From the NCBI GenBank assembly GCA_900766585.1, contig CAAFVV010000030.1, forward strand, positions 78,980 through 142,979: a stretch of DNA of 64,000 nt. The letters run 5' to 3'. A model generated the notes under the pieces. It was not told the origin of the DNA and searched no databases. It worked only from the letters and a program-made list of their open reading frames with translations. The position numbers and the translations under genes were made by a program. Below are positions 10,101 to 18,753 of this stretch, in pieces. Source of the stretch: Clostridia bacterium. Lineage in GTDB: Bacteria > Bacillota > Clostridia > Oscillospirales > Acutalibacteraceae. Within the stretch, counting starts at the first letter, position 1. Each line of letters starts with the position of its first letter.

Positions 10101-10467
10101 AAAGGGTGCGGTTCCGCTGTTCGCCAAAACATGGGACGGCGGTGAGAACGGCTATGTCTATCAGACAAATCTGTATTACTACAAAAACGGTAAAAAGACC
10201 TATATCACCGGCAAACAGATCCGCAACAGTGTCAACAAGCACACCTCTGCTTCCATGCGCTCCCACGCATTTACCGTTACCGCCTATGACAGCAAGACGG
10301 ATATCATGACCATTCAGACGCGCGGACACGGACACGGGCTGGGGCTTTCGCAATACGGCGCGGTGGGTTATGCCAACGAGGCAGGATGGACATATGACCG
10401 GATTCTTGCCCACTATTATTCGATCACGGAAACCACGCCCTATCAGCTCGTTGCCCCGAAATTTTAA
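7198..10467 (+). CDS. multidomain membrane protein: degenerate CinA-like N-domain + TM + pseudo-sortase B domain (Cys lost) + Ser/Thr/Asp-rich linker + SpoIID/LytB domain
   Basis: TTG start with GGAGG RBS. TM VILVCMLAVVLCLSAGLFTYF. Sortase-like ADIAGWIRLDNKTQSYPVMNG..IIYGNHMTD..ELLLLTTTLSSDPKDTRRVVVAFYRI, i.e. TLSTC replaced by TTLSS. C-terminal SpoIID motifs EAQKAQAVASYTFVLYY and TRGHGHGLGLSQYGAVGYANEAGWTYDRILAHYY. Confidence 0.7.
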   Translation: MLRILHISVGGVSPDTAAVWERVFLPYGESVSASLSATDESSLRKLLCTDAKGCDLVLLTGDAACCRKAVLSLTGPDAVIPLALTRRIAGWMFRQPGRLWVWLPDGAEKQIALLSECVLPLLPEKHMIVHTVGIYGLAPEVIQERLAPFLSRTSPACCLYRIDAEWRLRLVAPCGEESGMECTLAAIRKQLGAYLYGTDCPDLFGRVQELLGLRALTAAVTGLPPMAGRKSGGINFISEDIPVEQPAEPGADAGTDGQNEPDPTPYAALRAKETGNAALGLSLRQDTSASRPTVRLSLTDGRRLWNKTLTGDDADTLTAEAESALWDLARRYLEAFPLVMAGGEPVVLPEKATDIPVSPLEKEQPILLRPVKRTSERAFRVILVCMLAVVLCLSAGLFTYFRFFNRTPINAFRDLEALYRTNVSANDSDEYPKDMLPQFYSLYKENADIAGWIRLDNKTQSYPVMNGLGSVDYGSSDFAGQPSSYGVPFFFPATPRADKNDCLIIYGNHMTDNTMFSCLLNYLDNSYARSHAQIEMTTVYRTGTWQVFAALTVDENESDLNFTRTAFTGEADRLQFVRELTSRSKLTITSEEVENEHELLLLTTTLSSDPKDTRRVVVAFYRIDGTSSSSTVNVTKSAESQPDNTVSDIPSSDDASSNVSPDVSSEDSRPPKPDEDTSEDGGTDFIEPSDDEDSQPQTTTSKTAVTTTSTKAVKPTAFPSTSAAETESGTASATSASNTDTPTSATLSTTSVSGKTTTSTTAKPSDTYVPIREGTIDESEYYPLFRLKNSATEKIFTPTTREELTLGLFYIVKMEMGSASLMKKSTEAQKAQAVASYTFVLYYCQNSGKPYEFKFPTYDPNNANDRKIYSAVAAVAGTKMIYPEKALKSQAINAMYCASSAGVTSSCHMVFTAKLPYLVSVKSQYDTDAYLKSVNGSSITAEFTVKYSNLLSAIGQSLDLAQSEIYAEKGAVPLFAKTWDGGENGYVYQTNLYYYKNGKKTYITGKQIRNSVNKHTSASMRSHAFTVTAYDSKTDIMTIQTRGHGHGLGLSQYGAVGYANEAGWTYDRILAHYYSITETTPYQLVAPKF

Positions 10468-10504
10468 TGCAGTGCATCTGTAAAGCTGTATATCTTTACG
10501 CAGG

Positions 10505-10535
10505 AAAAGCCACCCGATTTTCTCGGGTGGCTTTT
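10505..10535 (+). terminator. Rho-independent terminator after the large sortase-like/SpoIID gene
   Basis: gccacccga-ttttc-tcgggtggc perfect 9-bp stem followed by TTTT. Confidence 0.55.
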
Positions 10536-10569
10536 CGGATGGACGATACCAGAGGATTTTCGCCGCGTC

Positions 10570-11133
10570 ATGACGGAATTCGCGGAATTTTCTCCGCATA
10601 TTGTCGCGTTGGATATCTCCCTGCCGTTTTTCGACGGCTACCACTGGTGCAGCGAGATCCGCAAGGTGTCCAAGGTGCCCATCCTATTTATCTCCTCCGC
10701 CGCTGATACTATGAATATGGTCATGGCAATGAATCTCGGCGCAGACGATTTTATCGCCAAGCCCTTTGATCAGAGCGTGCTGATGGCAAAAATACAGGCC
10801 ATGCTCCGCCGCACCTACGATTTTGCCTCTGCCGTACCGGTGATCGAGCACCGCGGCGCTCTGCTGAACACCGCGGAATACACACTGACCTACGGCGATG
10901 AAAAAATCCCCCTTTCCAAAAACGAATACCGTATTTTGTCGCTCCTGATGCAGAATAAAGGCAGCGTGATGAGCCGTGAACGCTTGATGCAGCAGCTTTG
11001 GGAGAGCGACAGCTTTGTGGACGAAAATACGCTGTCGGTCAATGTCAACCGGCTGCGCAAGCGGCTGGACAGCATCGGGCTGCACGATTTTATTACCACT
11101 AAATTCGGTGTCGGCTATCTTATTGAGGACTGA
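10570..11133 (+). CDS. OmpR/BceR-family response regulator, N-terminally truncated receiver domain (probable remnant or pseudogene)
   Basis: Begins just before the phosphoacceptor Asp (HIVALDISLP). Retains K-box region and intact winged-helix DNA-binding domain. About 50 N-terminal residues (acidic Mg pocket) are absent in every frame upstream; that space is occupied by the preceding gene's terminator. Confidence 0.6.
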   Translation: MTEFAEFSPHIVALDISLPFFDGYHWCSEIRKVSKVPILFISSAADTMNMVMAMNLGADDFIAKPFDQSVLMAKIQAMLRRTYDFASAVPVIEHRGALLNTAEYTLTYGDEKIPLSKNEYRILSLLMQNKGSVMSRERLMQQLWESDSFVDENTLSVNVNRLRKRLDSIGLHDFITTKFGVGYLIED

Positions 11134-11136
11134 TAT

Positions 11137-12123
11137 ATGAAACAATTGGCAACCTATATTAAGCAGAAATGGTGTGTTCTTGCGGTCTTTCTGCTGTTTT
11201 TCCTGATTTTTTGGCTCTCATTTACCCTTTATCACCTGCCTGTTGAGGCTGTGGTCTATCCTATGCTCCTCTGTCTCGTGTTGGGCTGCGGATTTTTAAT
11301 CGGCGGGTATCTCCGCGCGCGGAAACGGCACGCACTGCTCTGCCGTATCCGCACAATGGCGGATGCCGGGGAAGCGGAATTCCCCTCGGCGGATACTGCG
11401 GCAGAAGCGGATTACCGGCAGATCATCCGTCTGCTCTGCGAGGAGCAGCGCGTCTATCGCACCGAGCAGAGCAGGCGCTATGCCGACATGATCGACTACT
11501 TTACCGTTTGGGCACATCAGATCAAAACGCCGATCGCTTCCATGCGGCTGCATCTGCAAAATGAGGATTCCGCCCTGTCGCGCGCCCTGTCTGCCGATCT
11601 GTTCCGCGTGGAGCAATATGCGGAGATGGTGCTGACCTTCCTGCGGCTCGACAGCGCGAGCACCGACTATGTGTTCCGCGAATATGATCTGGATACTATT
11701 GTTCGGCAGGCAGTCAAAAAATTTGCCGGGGAATTTATTCGCCGCAAGCTGACACTTGTCTATGAACCGCTGCATGACACCGTGATCACCGATGAAAAAT
11801 GGCTCTCTTTTGTGATCGAACAGGTTCTGTCCAATGCGCTCAAATATACGAGAAGCGGAAGCATCACGATCACAGAGGAGCAGGGAAAGCGGCTGTGTAT
11901 CCGCGACACGGGGATCGGGATCGCGCCGGAGGATCTGCCGCGCATTTTCGAAAACGGGTTTACAGGCTATAACGGCCGTGCCGACCGGAGAGCGAGCGGC
12001 ATTGGTCTGTATCTGTGCAAGCGCATCTGCACGCAGCTTGGGCATACCATTACCGCCGAATCCGCCGTGGATGTCGGCACGACAATTACCATCGACCTGT
12101 TCAAATACCGCAGCGAGACGTGA
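11137..12123 (+). CDS. sensor histidine kinase, intramembrane-sensing BceS-like (2 TM, HisKA + HATPase_c)
   Basis: Two N-terminal TM helices with almost no extracellular loop. H-box HQIKTPIASMRLHL. N/G boxes SNALKYT, DTGIGI, GIGLYLCKRI. Confidence 0.85.
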   Translation: MKQLATYIKQKWCVLAVFLLFFLIFWLSFTLYHLPVEAVVYPMLLCLVLGCGFLIGGYLRARKRHALLCRIRTMADAGEAEFPSADTAAEADYRQIIRLLCEEQRVYRTEQSRRYADMIDYFTVWAHQIKTPIASMRLHLQNEDSALSRALSADLFRVEQYAEMVLTFLRLDSASTDYVFREYDLDTIVRQAVKKFAGEFIRRKLTLVYEPLHDTVITDEKWLSFVIEQVLSNALKYTRSGSITITEEQGKRLCIRDTGIGIAPEDLPRIFENGFTGYNGRADRRASGIGLYLCKRICTQLGHTITAESAVDVGTTITIDLFKYRSET

Positions 12124-12179
12124 GCTTCTTACAAAACTGTTAGATTTTCCGGGGGATTTGTAAGCCGATCCTATGGCGA

Positions 12180-12203
12180 TACAGATCCCCTTTTGGTATA
12201 CTA
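12180..12203 (+). promoter_or_regulatory. candidate extended -10 promoter (TGgTATACT) upstream of the bceA-like gene
   Basis: TGGTATACT about 30 nt upstream of the AAGGAGG RBS. Weak -35. Region where a BceR-type regulator would normally bind. Confidence 0.35.
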
Positions 12204-12234
12204 AGCGCAAGATCCACAAGGAGGTCACCTGAAA

Positions 12235-12999
12235 ATGAGTATGCTATCGGTAAACGGTGTACAGAAAATTTACACCACCCGTTTCGGCGGGAACCGCGTG
12301 GAGGCGCTGAAAAATGTGACATTTGACGTAGAGGCCGGAGAATACGTCGCCATCATGGGCGAGTCCGGCTCGGGCAAAACAACGCTTCTGAATATTTTAG
12401 CCGCGCTGGATAAGCCCACATCCGGCTCTGTTCTGTTAGACGGCAGCGATCTGTCCAAGATCAAGGAGGCACAGGCTGCCGCCTTCCGGCGGGATAATTT
12501 AGGCTTTGTCTTTCAGGATTTTAACCTTTTGGACACCTTTACGCTGGAGGACAATATCTACCTGCCGCTCGTGCTGGCGGGAAAGCCGTATGCGGAGATG
12601 CACCGGCGATTAGTCCCCATCGCCGATCAGCTCGAGATCAGCTCGCTGCTGAAAAAATACCCCTATGAGGTCTCGGGCGGTCAAAAACAGCGTGCGGCGG
12701 TCGCCCGGGCATTGATCACCGGTCCGAAACTGATCCTGGCAGACGAGCCGACCGGCGCGCTGGATTCCCGCTCTACCGATGAGCTTTTGCGCCTGTTTTC
12801 GGAGATCCACAAAACCGGTCAGACGATTCTGATGGTCACGCACTCCGTCAAAGCTGCAAGCCATGCGTCGCGTGTGCTGTTTATCAAGGACGGCGAGGTA
12901 TTTCACCAGATCTATCGCGGCGACAGCACCGATTCGCAGCTGTATCAGAAGATCACCGACACCCTGACCATGCTGACGACAGGCGGTGATACCGAATGA
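12235..12999 (+). CDS. ABC transporter ATP-binding protein, BceA-like (peptide antibiotic resistance)
   Basis: GESGSGKTTLLNIL Walker A. LSGGQKQRAAVARAL signature. ILADEPTGALD Walker B. Overlaps the downstream permease start (ATGA). Confidence 0.9.
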   Translation: MSMLSVNGVQKIYTTRFGGNRVEALKNVTFDVEAGEYVAIMGESGSGKTTLLNILAALDKPTSGSVLLDGSDLSKIKEAQAAAFRRDNLGFVFQDFNLLDTFTLEDNIYLPLVLAGKPYAEMHRRLVPIADQLEISSLLKKYPYEVSGGQKQRAAVARALITGPKLILADEPTGALDSRSTDELLRLFSEIHKTGQTILMVTHSVKAASHASRVLFIKDGEVFHQIYRGDSTDSQLYQKITDTLTMLTTGGDTE

Positions 13000-15029
13000 A
13001 GCTGAGTTTTTTCCCGAAGCTCGCGCTTGACGGCATCCGCAAAAACCGACGGCTGTTCCTCCCCTATATCCTCAGCGGCGCCGTGTTGGTCACCATGACC
13101 TATATTCTGTTTTTCCTCGCCTCTTCGGAGATGCTCGAGCATATGAAGGGCGGCGGCGTGCTCGGCTACATGCTGCCGATCGGCATTGTGGTCGTCAGCG
13201 TGTTTGCCGTGATCTTTATGTTTTACACCAACTCGTTCATTATCCGTCAGCGGTACCGCGAATTCGGTCTGTATAACGTGCTCGGCATGGATAAGCACAA
13301 TCTCGGACGCCTGATGCTGTGGGAAAACCTGATCGCCGCCTGCCTTGCCATCGGACCGGGGCTGCTCGCCGGCATTCTCCTCTCCAAATTTGCCGAGCTA
13401 GGTATGGTGAACCTGCTGCAGGAAACGGTCAACTATACGCTGTATATTGATTTCGGCTCGGTCGGCAGGACGGCGCTGCTGTTTCTCGGTATTTTTGCCC
13501 TTTTGCTGATCAATTCCGTGGTCAAGGTCAGAAAAAGCGATCCGCTTGAGCTGCTCCGCAGTGAAAATGTGGGCGAAAAGGCGCCGAAGGCGAATTGGAT
13601 CACGACCGGCCTCGGCATTATCCTGCTCGGCGCCGCCTACTATATCGCCCTGTCGATCAAGCACCCCTTAGAGGCACTTTTCTGGTTTATGATTGCGGTG
13701 ATCCTGGTCATCATCGCCACCTATCTGCTGTTTATATCCGGGTCTGTCGCACTTTGCCGTCTGCTGCAGAAAAACAAGGCGTATTACTATAAGCCCAACC
13801 ACTTTGTCTCTGTTTCGTCGATGACCTACCGCATGAAACGCAACGGCGCGGGACTTGCCTCCATCTGCGTGCTGATCACGATTGTTCTGGTCATGCTGTC
13901 CTCGACCATCAGCCTGTATTCCGGTGCCGAGGTAACGCTGAGGGAAAATTATCCGCAGGACATAGCGCTCGGCGTCACGCTTCCAGACATGGAGCATTTT
14001 AATGAAGGATCCTTTTCCGCCATGCGCCGCACCGTTTCCGATCTGGTCGACGACCAGATCGATGTCCACGAGTCGCACGCCATAGAGCTGGCGGGATTGC
14101 TGACCGGCGATCAGTTTTTGGCTGATCAGCAGGCGCATTCCACTCTGGATCTCTCCGTTTTGCAAAACCTGTGCTATCTGCATATCCTGTCACAGGATGA
14201 CTATACCCGTCTGACCGGGGAAACGCTCACGCTCGCCGGCGATGAGTGTCTGATCTCCTGCTACCGCACTTCATTTTCAGCCGACCGCATAGAGATAGAG
14301 GGATGTGCGGCGCTGAAAGTGAAGGGCGAAGCAGTGAAAATCCAGCTGCCGACTTATCTGATGCAGCAGATCGTTCCCTGCGTCACCTTAGTTGTGCGGG
14401 ACGCCGTCGCCCTGACAAAGCCGCTGCAAAACATGCAGAATAACGTCGGTGATTCGGTCTTAGAGCCGAAATGGTATTATAGCTTTGATGTATCCGGCGG
14501 AGCCGAGGCGGAAATGGCGGCGTATACGGCGATCAAGAAAAATATGGATAAGATCGTTATTCCCAACGAGAACGGCGGATATTCCTATCAATTAGGCTGC
14601 CGTGAAAGCGACCGACAGGGATTTTACGCGCTGTACGGTGCGCTGTTCTTCATCGGTATTCTTCTCAGCGTGGTTTTCATTTTTGCCGCCGTGCTGATCA
14701 TCTACTATAAACAAATTTCAGAGGGGTATGAGGATCAGAAGCGTTTTTCTGTCATGCAGAAGGTCGGCATGACCAAGGCGGAGATCCGCCGTTCCGTCAA
14801 TTCTCAGGTGCTGACCGTGTTTTTCCTCCCCCTTCTCCTTTCCGGCGTTCATCTCGCCTTTGCTTTCCCGATCATCTGGAAGTTGCTTCAGCTGTTCATG
14901 TTCCGCAATGTCCACTTTATGATCGGCGTCACCGCCGCTATCTTTGCGGTATTTGCGTTGATCTATGCGCTGGTGTATAAGGTGACGTCAAATGCCTACT
15001 GCGCCATTGTCAGCGGGAAAAAGGAATGA
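12996..15029 (+). CDS. ABC transporter permease, FtsX-family BceB-like (10 TM, large extracellular loop)
   Basis: 677 aa. N-terminal KLALDGIRKNRRLFLPYILS typical of BceB. Two FtsX-like 4-TM bundles flanking a ~200-aa loop. Confidence 0.85.
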   Translation: MKLSFFPKLALDGIRKNRRLFLPYILSGAVLVTMTYILFFLASSEMLEHMKGGGVLGYMLPIGIVVVSVFAVIFMFYTNSFIIRQRYREFGLYNVLGMDKHNLGRLMLWENLIAACLAIGPGLLAGILLSKFAELGMVNLLQETVNYTLYIDFGSVGRTALLFLGIFALLLINSVVKVRKSDPLELLRSENVGEKAPKANWITTGLGIILLGAAYYIALSIKHPLEALFWFMIAVILVIIATYLLFISGSVALCRLLQKNKAYYYKPNHFVSVSSMTYRMKRNGAGLASICVLITIVLVMLSSTISLYSGAEVTLRENYPQDIALGVTLPDMEHFNEGSFSAMRRTVSDLVDDQIDVHESHAIELAGLLTGDQFLADQQAHSTLDLSVLQNLCYLHILSQDDYTRLTGETLTLAGDECLISCYRTSFSADRIEIEGCAALKVKGEAVKIQLPTYLMQQIVPCVTLVVRDAVALTKPLQNMQNNVGDSVLEPKWYYSFDVSGGAEAEMAAYTAIKKNMDKIVIPNENGGYSYQLGCRESDRQGFYALYGALFFIGILLSVVFIFAAVLIIYYKQISEGYEDQKRFSVMQKVGMTKAEIRRSVNSQVLTVFFLPLLLSGVHLAFAFPIIWKLLQLFMFRNVHFMIGVTAAIFAVFALIYALVYKVTSNAYCAIVSGKKE

Positions 15030-15037
15030 CCTAAACC

Positions 15038-15071
15038 AAAAAACGGAGGGCAGCCGCCCTCCGTTTTTTTT
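15038..15071. terminator. bidirectional Rho-independent terminator between the convergent bceB-like and dnaJ genes
   Basis: A-run, cggagggc-agcc-gccctccg hairpin, then 8-nt T-run. Confidence 0.8.
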
Positions 15072-15078
15072 GCTGTGT

Positions 15079-16221
15079 TTATTCTCCGCCGAATGCGCGC
15101 TTGATCTTATCGCGGAATGACCGGCGCTTCTGATAGTTCCGGTCCTCTGTCGCCCCTTCAAACGCAGACAGCAGCTGCTTTTGCTCGGCAGACAGATTTT
15201 TCGGCACCTCAACCACCACGCGCACCAGCTCATCACCGCAGCCGCGGCTGTTGAGATACGGAAAGCCTTTGCCCTTGAGCGTCAGAATATCTCCGGGCTG
15301 TGTGCCCTCCTTGATTGTAAACTTCACATTGCCGTCCAGTGTCGGAATGGACACCTCGTCACCGAGCGCCACCTGGGCGAAGGTCAGCGGCAGATCAAAC
15401 CAGATGTTGAAGCCATCCCGCTCAAACAGCGGATGCGGACGCACCGACACCTGCACCTGCAGATCGCCGGCAGGACCGCCGTTGCTGCCTGCATTGCCGC
15501 GTCCGCGGATGGACAGCACCTGCCCGTCGTCGATACCAGCCGGAATATTGATGCCGACCTGCACGCTCCTGCGGACGTGCCCCGTGCCGCCGCAGCCCTT
15601 ACAGGGCGTCTCGATGATCTTCCCGCGTCCGCGGCAGCGGGAACAGACCACCTGGGTCTGTATCACACCAAATGGCGTTCTCTGCTGGCGGCGTTCCTGT
15701 CCCGTGCCGTTACAGACCGGGCAGATCTTGGGTGCCGTTCCCTTGGCGGCGCCGCTGCCGCCGCAATCGGGACAGCTGTCGACCAGCGTGACCGACACCT
15801 GTTTTTTGCACCCCTTGGCGGACTCTTCAAAGGAGATGACCACCGAGGCGGTCGCATCGCTTCCGCGACGGGGAGCATTCGGGTCGGAACGGCGTCCGCC
15901 GCCGCCGAAAAACGAGGAGAAAATGTCGCCGATATCGCCGAGGTCGATATCGTCAAAACCCCCGCCGCCATAGCCGCCCGCACCGAAGTTCGGGTCAACG
16001 CCGGCGTGACCATACTGGTCATAGCGTGCCTTCTTTTCGGGATTGGAAAGCACCTCATAGGCCTCGTTGACCTCTTTGAAGTGTATCTCCGCGTCTTTGT
16101 CACCCGGATTCAGATCCGGGTGATACTTTTTCGCCATCTGGCGGTATGCCTTTTTGATCTCATCCTCAGACGCTCCCTTTGAAACGCCCAGAACCTCATA
16201 AAAATCTCGTTTATCTGCCAT
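15079..16221 (-). CDS. dnaJ: molecular chaperone DnaJ
   Basis: J-domain with HPD (KKYHPDLNP). Gly-rich linker. Four CxxCxGxG zinc-finger repeats. Confidence 0.95.
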   Translation of the reverse strand: MADKRDFYEVLGVSKGASEDEIKKAYRQMAKKYHPDLNPGDKDAEIHFKEVNEAYEVLSNPEKKARYDQYGHAGVDPNFGAGGYGGGGFDDIDLGDIGDIFSSFFGGGGRRSDPNAPRRGSDATASVVISFEESAKGCKKQVSVTLVDSCPDCGGSGAAKGTAPKICPVCNGTGQERRQQRTPFGVIQTQVVCSRCRGRGKIIETPCKGCGGTGHVRRSVQVGINIPAGIDDGQVLSIRGRGNAGSNGGPAGDLQVQVSVRPHPLFERDGFNIWFDLPLTFAQVALGDEVSIPTLDGNVKFTIKEGTQPGDILTLKGKGFPYLNSRGCGDELVRVVVEVPKNLSAEQKQLLSAFEGATEDRNYQKRRSFRDKIKRAFGGE

Positions 16222-16297
16222 ACTGTGAGCCTCTCCACGCCAAACCCGGCTTGACGGGAACAGACCGTCTGCCTGTTCCCGTCAAACATCGGATGCT

Positions 16298-18115
16298 TTA
16301 TTTTACGTCGCCGTCATAGTAGCCGTCAGGTCCCGCCTGACCGGCATCTCCCTGCGGAGGAACAGCGCCGTCCTGCTGCGGTGCATTGGCTTGATAGATC
16401 TTCGCCGAGATCTCATAGAAAGCCTTCATCAGCTCTTCCTGCTGCGCCTTCATCGTGTCATAATCCTCGCCCTTGAGGGTCTCTTTCAAAGCGTCGATCT
16501 TGCTCTGGAGCGCCGCCTTGTCGCCGGCATCCAGCTTGTCTCCCAGCTCCTCGATGGACTTCTCGCACTGATAGACCGCCTGATCCGCCGCGTTGCGCGT
16601 GTCCACATTTTCGCGTTTTTTCTTATCCTCAGCGGCATACTGCTCGGCATCATGGACAGCCTTCTCCACATCCTCCTTGCTCATATTGCTGCTGGAGGTG
16701 ATGGTGATATGCTGCTCGTGACCGGTGCCGAGGTCTTTTGCACTGACGTTGACGATGCCGTTGGCGTCGATGTCAAACGTTACCTCAATCTGCGGCACAC
16801 CGCGGCGCGCCGGGGCAATGCCGTCCAGACGGAACAGTCCGAGTTCCTTGTTGTCGCGGGCAAACTCACGCTCGCCCTGCAGAACATGCACATCCACGGA
16901 CGGCTGATTGTCCGCGGCGGTGGAGAACACCTGGCTCTTTTTGGTCGGGATAGTCGTGTTGCGCTCGATGACCTTGGTCATGATACCGCCCATGGTCTCC
17001 ACGCCGAGCGACAGCGGCGTAACATCCAGCAGCAGCAGGCCCTTGACCTCGCCGCCGAGCACACCGCCCTGCAGTGCCGCGCCCATGGCGACACACTCGT
17101 CGGGGTTGATGCCCTTAAACGGCTCTTTGCCGAGGATCTTCTGCACAGCCTCCTGCACGGCGGGAATACGGGACGAACCGCCGACCATCAGCACCTTGTC
17201 GATCTGGGAAATGGACAGACCGCTGTCGGACAGCGCCTGACGCACCGGCCCCATGGTCGCCTCAACCAGATCGGCAGTCAGCTCGTTGAATTTGGCACGG
17301 GTCAGCGTCATATCGAGGTGCTTAGGGCCGGTCGCATCCGCCGTGATAAACGGCAGATTGATATTGCTGGTCGTCATACCGGACAGCTCGATCTTTGCCT
17401 TTTCCGCCGCCTCGCGCAGACGCTGCAGCGCCATTTTGTCGGCAGAAAGATCAACGCCGGTTTCCGCCTTGAAGCCCGCAATCATCCAGTCGACGATCTT
17501 CTGATCGAAGTCGTCGCCGCCGAGCCGGTTGTTGCCCGCCGTCGCCAGCACCTCCTGCACGCCGTCGCCCATCTCGATAATGGACACATCAAACGTACCG
17601 CCGCCAAGGTCATACACCATGATTTTCTGGTCGGCTTCCTTGTCGATGCCGTAAGCCAGAGCAGCCGCCGTCGGCTCATTGATGATACGCTTGACATCCA
17701 GACCGGCAATCTTGCCCGCGTCCTTGGTCGCCTGCCGCTGCGCATCGGTAAAATACGCCGGAACCGTAATGACCGCTTCCGTGACCGGCTCGCCCAGATA
17801 GGCTTCGGCATCCTGCTTCAGCTTTGCCAGGATCATGGCGGAAATCTCCTGCGGCGTATAGGATTTACCGTCAATCGTCACCTTATGCGCCGTACCCATC
17901 TGACGCTTGATAGACGAAATGGTGCGGTCGGGGTTAGAGACCGCCTGCTGTTTTGCCACGCGTCCGACGATACGCTCGCCGTCCTTTTTAAACGCCACAA
18001 CGGACGGCGTTGTACGCGCACCCTCCGCATTGGGGATAACAACGGCTTCGCCGCCCTCAATAACCGACACGCAGGAATTTGTGGTACCCAAGTCAATACC
18101 GATGATCTTTGCCAT
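16298..18115 (-). CDS. dnaK: molecular chaperone DnaK (Hsp70)
   Basis: [35 protein letters not shown]-like motifs. 605 aa. Confidence 0.97.
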   Translation of the reverse strand: MAKIIGIDLGTTNSCVSVIEGGEAVVIPNAEGARTTPSVVAFKKDGERIVGRVAKQQAVSNPDRTISSIKRQMGTAHKVTIDGKSYTPQEISAMILAKLKQDAEAYLGEPVTEAVITVPAYFTDAQRQATKDAGKIAGLDVKRIINEPTAAALAYGIDKEADQKIMVYDLGGGTFDVSIIEMGDGVQEVLATAGNNRLGGDDFDQKIVDWMIAGFKAETGVDLSADKMALQRLREAAEKAKIELSGMTTSNINLPFITADATGPKHLDMTLTRAKFNELTADLVEATMGPVRQALSDSGLSISQIDKVLMVGGSSRIPAVQEAVQKILGKEPFKGINPDECVAMGAALQGGVLGGEVKGLLLLDVTPLSLGVETMGGIMTKVIERNTTIPTKKSQVFSTAADNQPSVDVHVLQGEREFARDNKELGLFRLDGIAPARRGVPQIEVTFDIDANGIVNVSAKDLGTGHEQHITITSSSNMSKEDVEKAVHDAEQYAAEDKKKRENVDTRNAADQAVYQCEKSIEELGDKLDAGDKAALQSKIDALKETLKGEDYDTMKAQQEELMKAFYEISAKIYQANAPQQDGAVPPQGDAGQAGPDGYYDGDVK

Positions 18116-18171
18116 ATCTATTACCTCCTATTGATTGTCAACCTTTATTTTCCAAAAAAGTGTTAGTCACT

Positions 18172-18732
18172 TTAATTGGCTACTTTGACCATGGCAGGAC
18201 GGAGAATTCGGTCGCCCATGCGGTATCCCTTCTGAAACACCGCCGTCACGGTCTCGGGATCGACACCGTCAGCGTCCTCCCGCATCACGGCGTTGTGCAC
18301 CTCGGGATCAAATGGCGCGCCATCCGCCTCAATTTCCTCAAGCCCCAGCTTTTGCAGTGCCTCACGGAGCTGCCGGATCGTCATATCAACGCCAGTCTTG
18401 TATTCCTCACCCGCCGGCGCATCCACGGCGCGCTCAAGATTATCGAGCGCGGGCAGCAGAGCCTTGACTGTTTCCGCACGGGTAAACGCGCCGATATCCT
18501 CTTTTTCCTTTTCGGTGCGGCGCTTATAGTTGGCATATTCCGCCAGGACACGTTTATAGGCATCCTGCTCTGCCTCAAGCTCTTTTTTCAGCTTTTCCAG
18601 CTTAGCGGCGTCCGCCGTGCGGCTGCGGGAAGTTTTTTTCTCCTTTGCCGCAGGGGCTGCCGGTTCGGATTCAGTCGCCGCCGGCTCGGCAGTTACTTCT
18701 TCCGCTGTTGCTTCTTTCTTTTTGTCCTCCAT
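18172..18732 (-). CDS. grpE: nucleotide exchange factor GrpE
   Basis: Acidic N-terminus, coiled coil, C-terminal GrpE fold. Position between hrcA and dnaK. Confidence 0.9.
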   Translation of the reverse strand: MEDKKKEATAEEVTAEPAATESEPAAPAAKEKKTSRSRTADAAKLEKLKKELEAEQDAYKRVLAEYANYKRRTEKEKEDIGAFTRAETVKALLPALDNLERAVDAPAGEEYKTGVDMTIRQLREALQKLGLEEIEADGAPFDPEVHNAVMREDADGVDPETVTAVFQKGYRMGDRILRPAMVKVAN

Positions 18733-18753
18733 CAGGGGTTCCTCCTGTTTTGT

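Noticed and set aside
9406-10644. 412-aa minus-strand ORF
   Set aside because: Antisense to the 3' end of the large sortase-like/SpoIID gene, and crosses its terminator.
16391-18166. 591-aa plus-strand ORF
   Set aside because: Entirely antisense to dnaK, whose identity is unambiguous. High-GC stop-codon depletion artefact.
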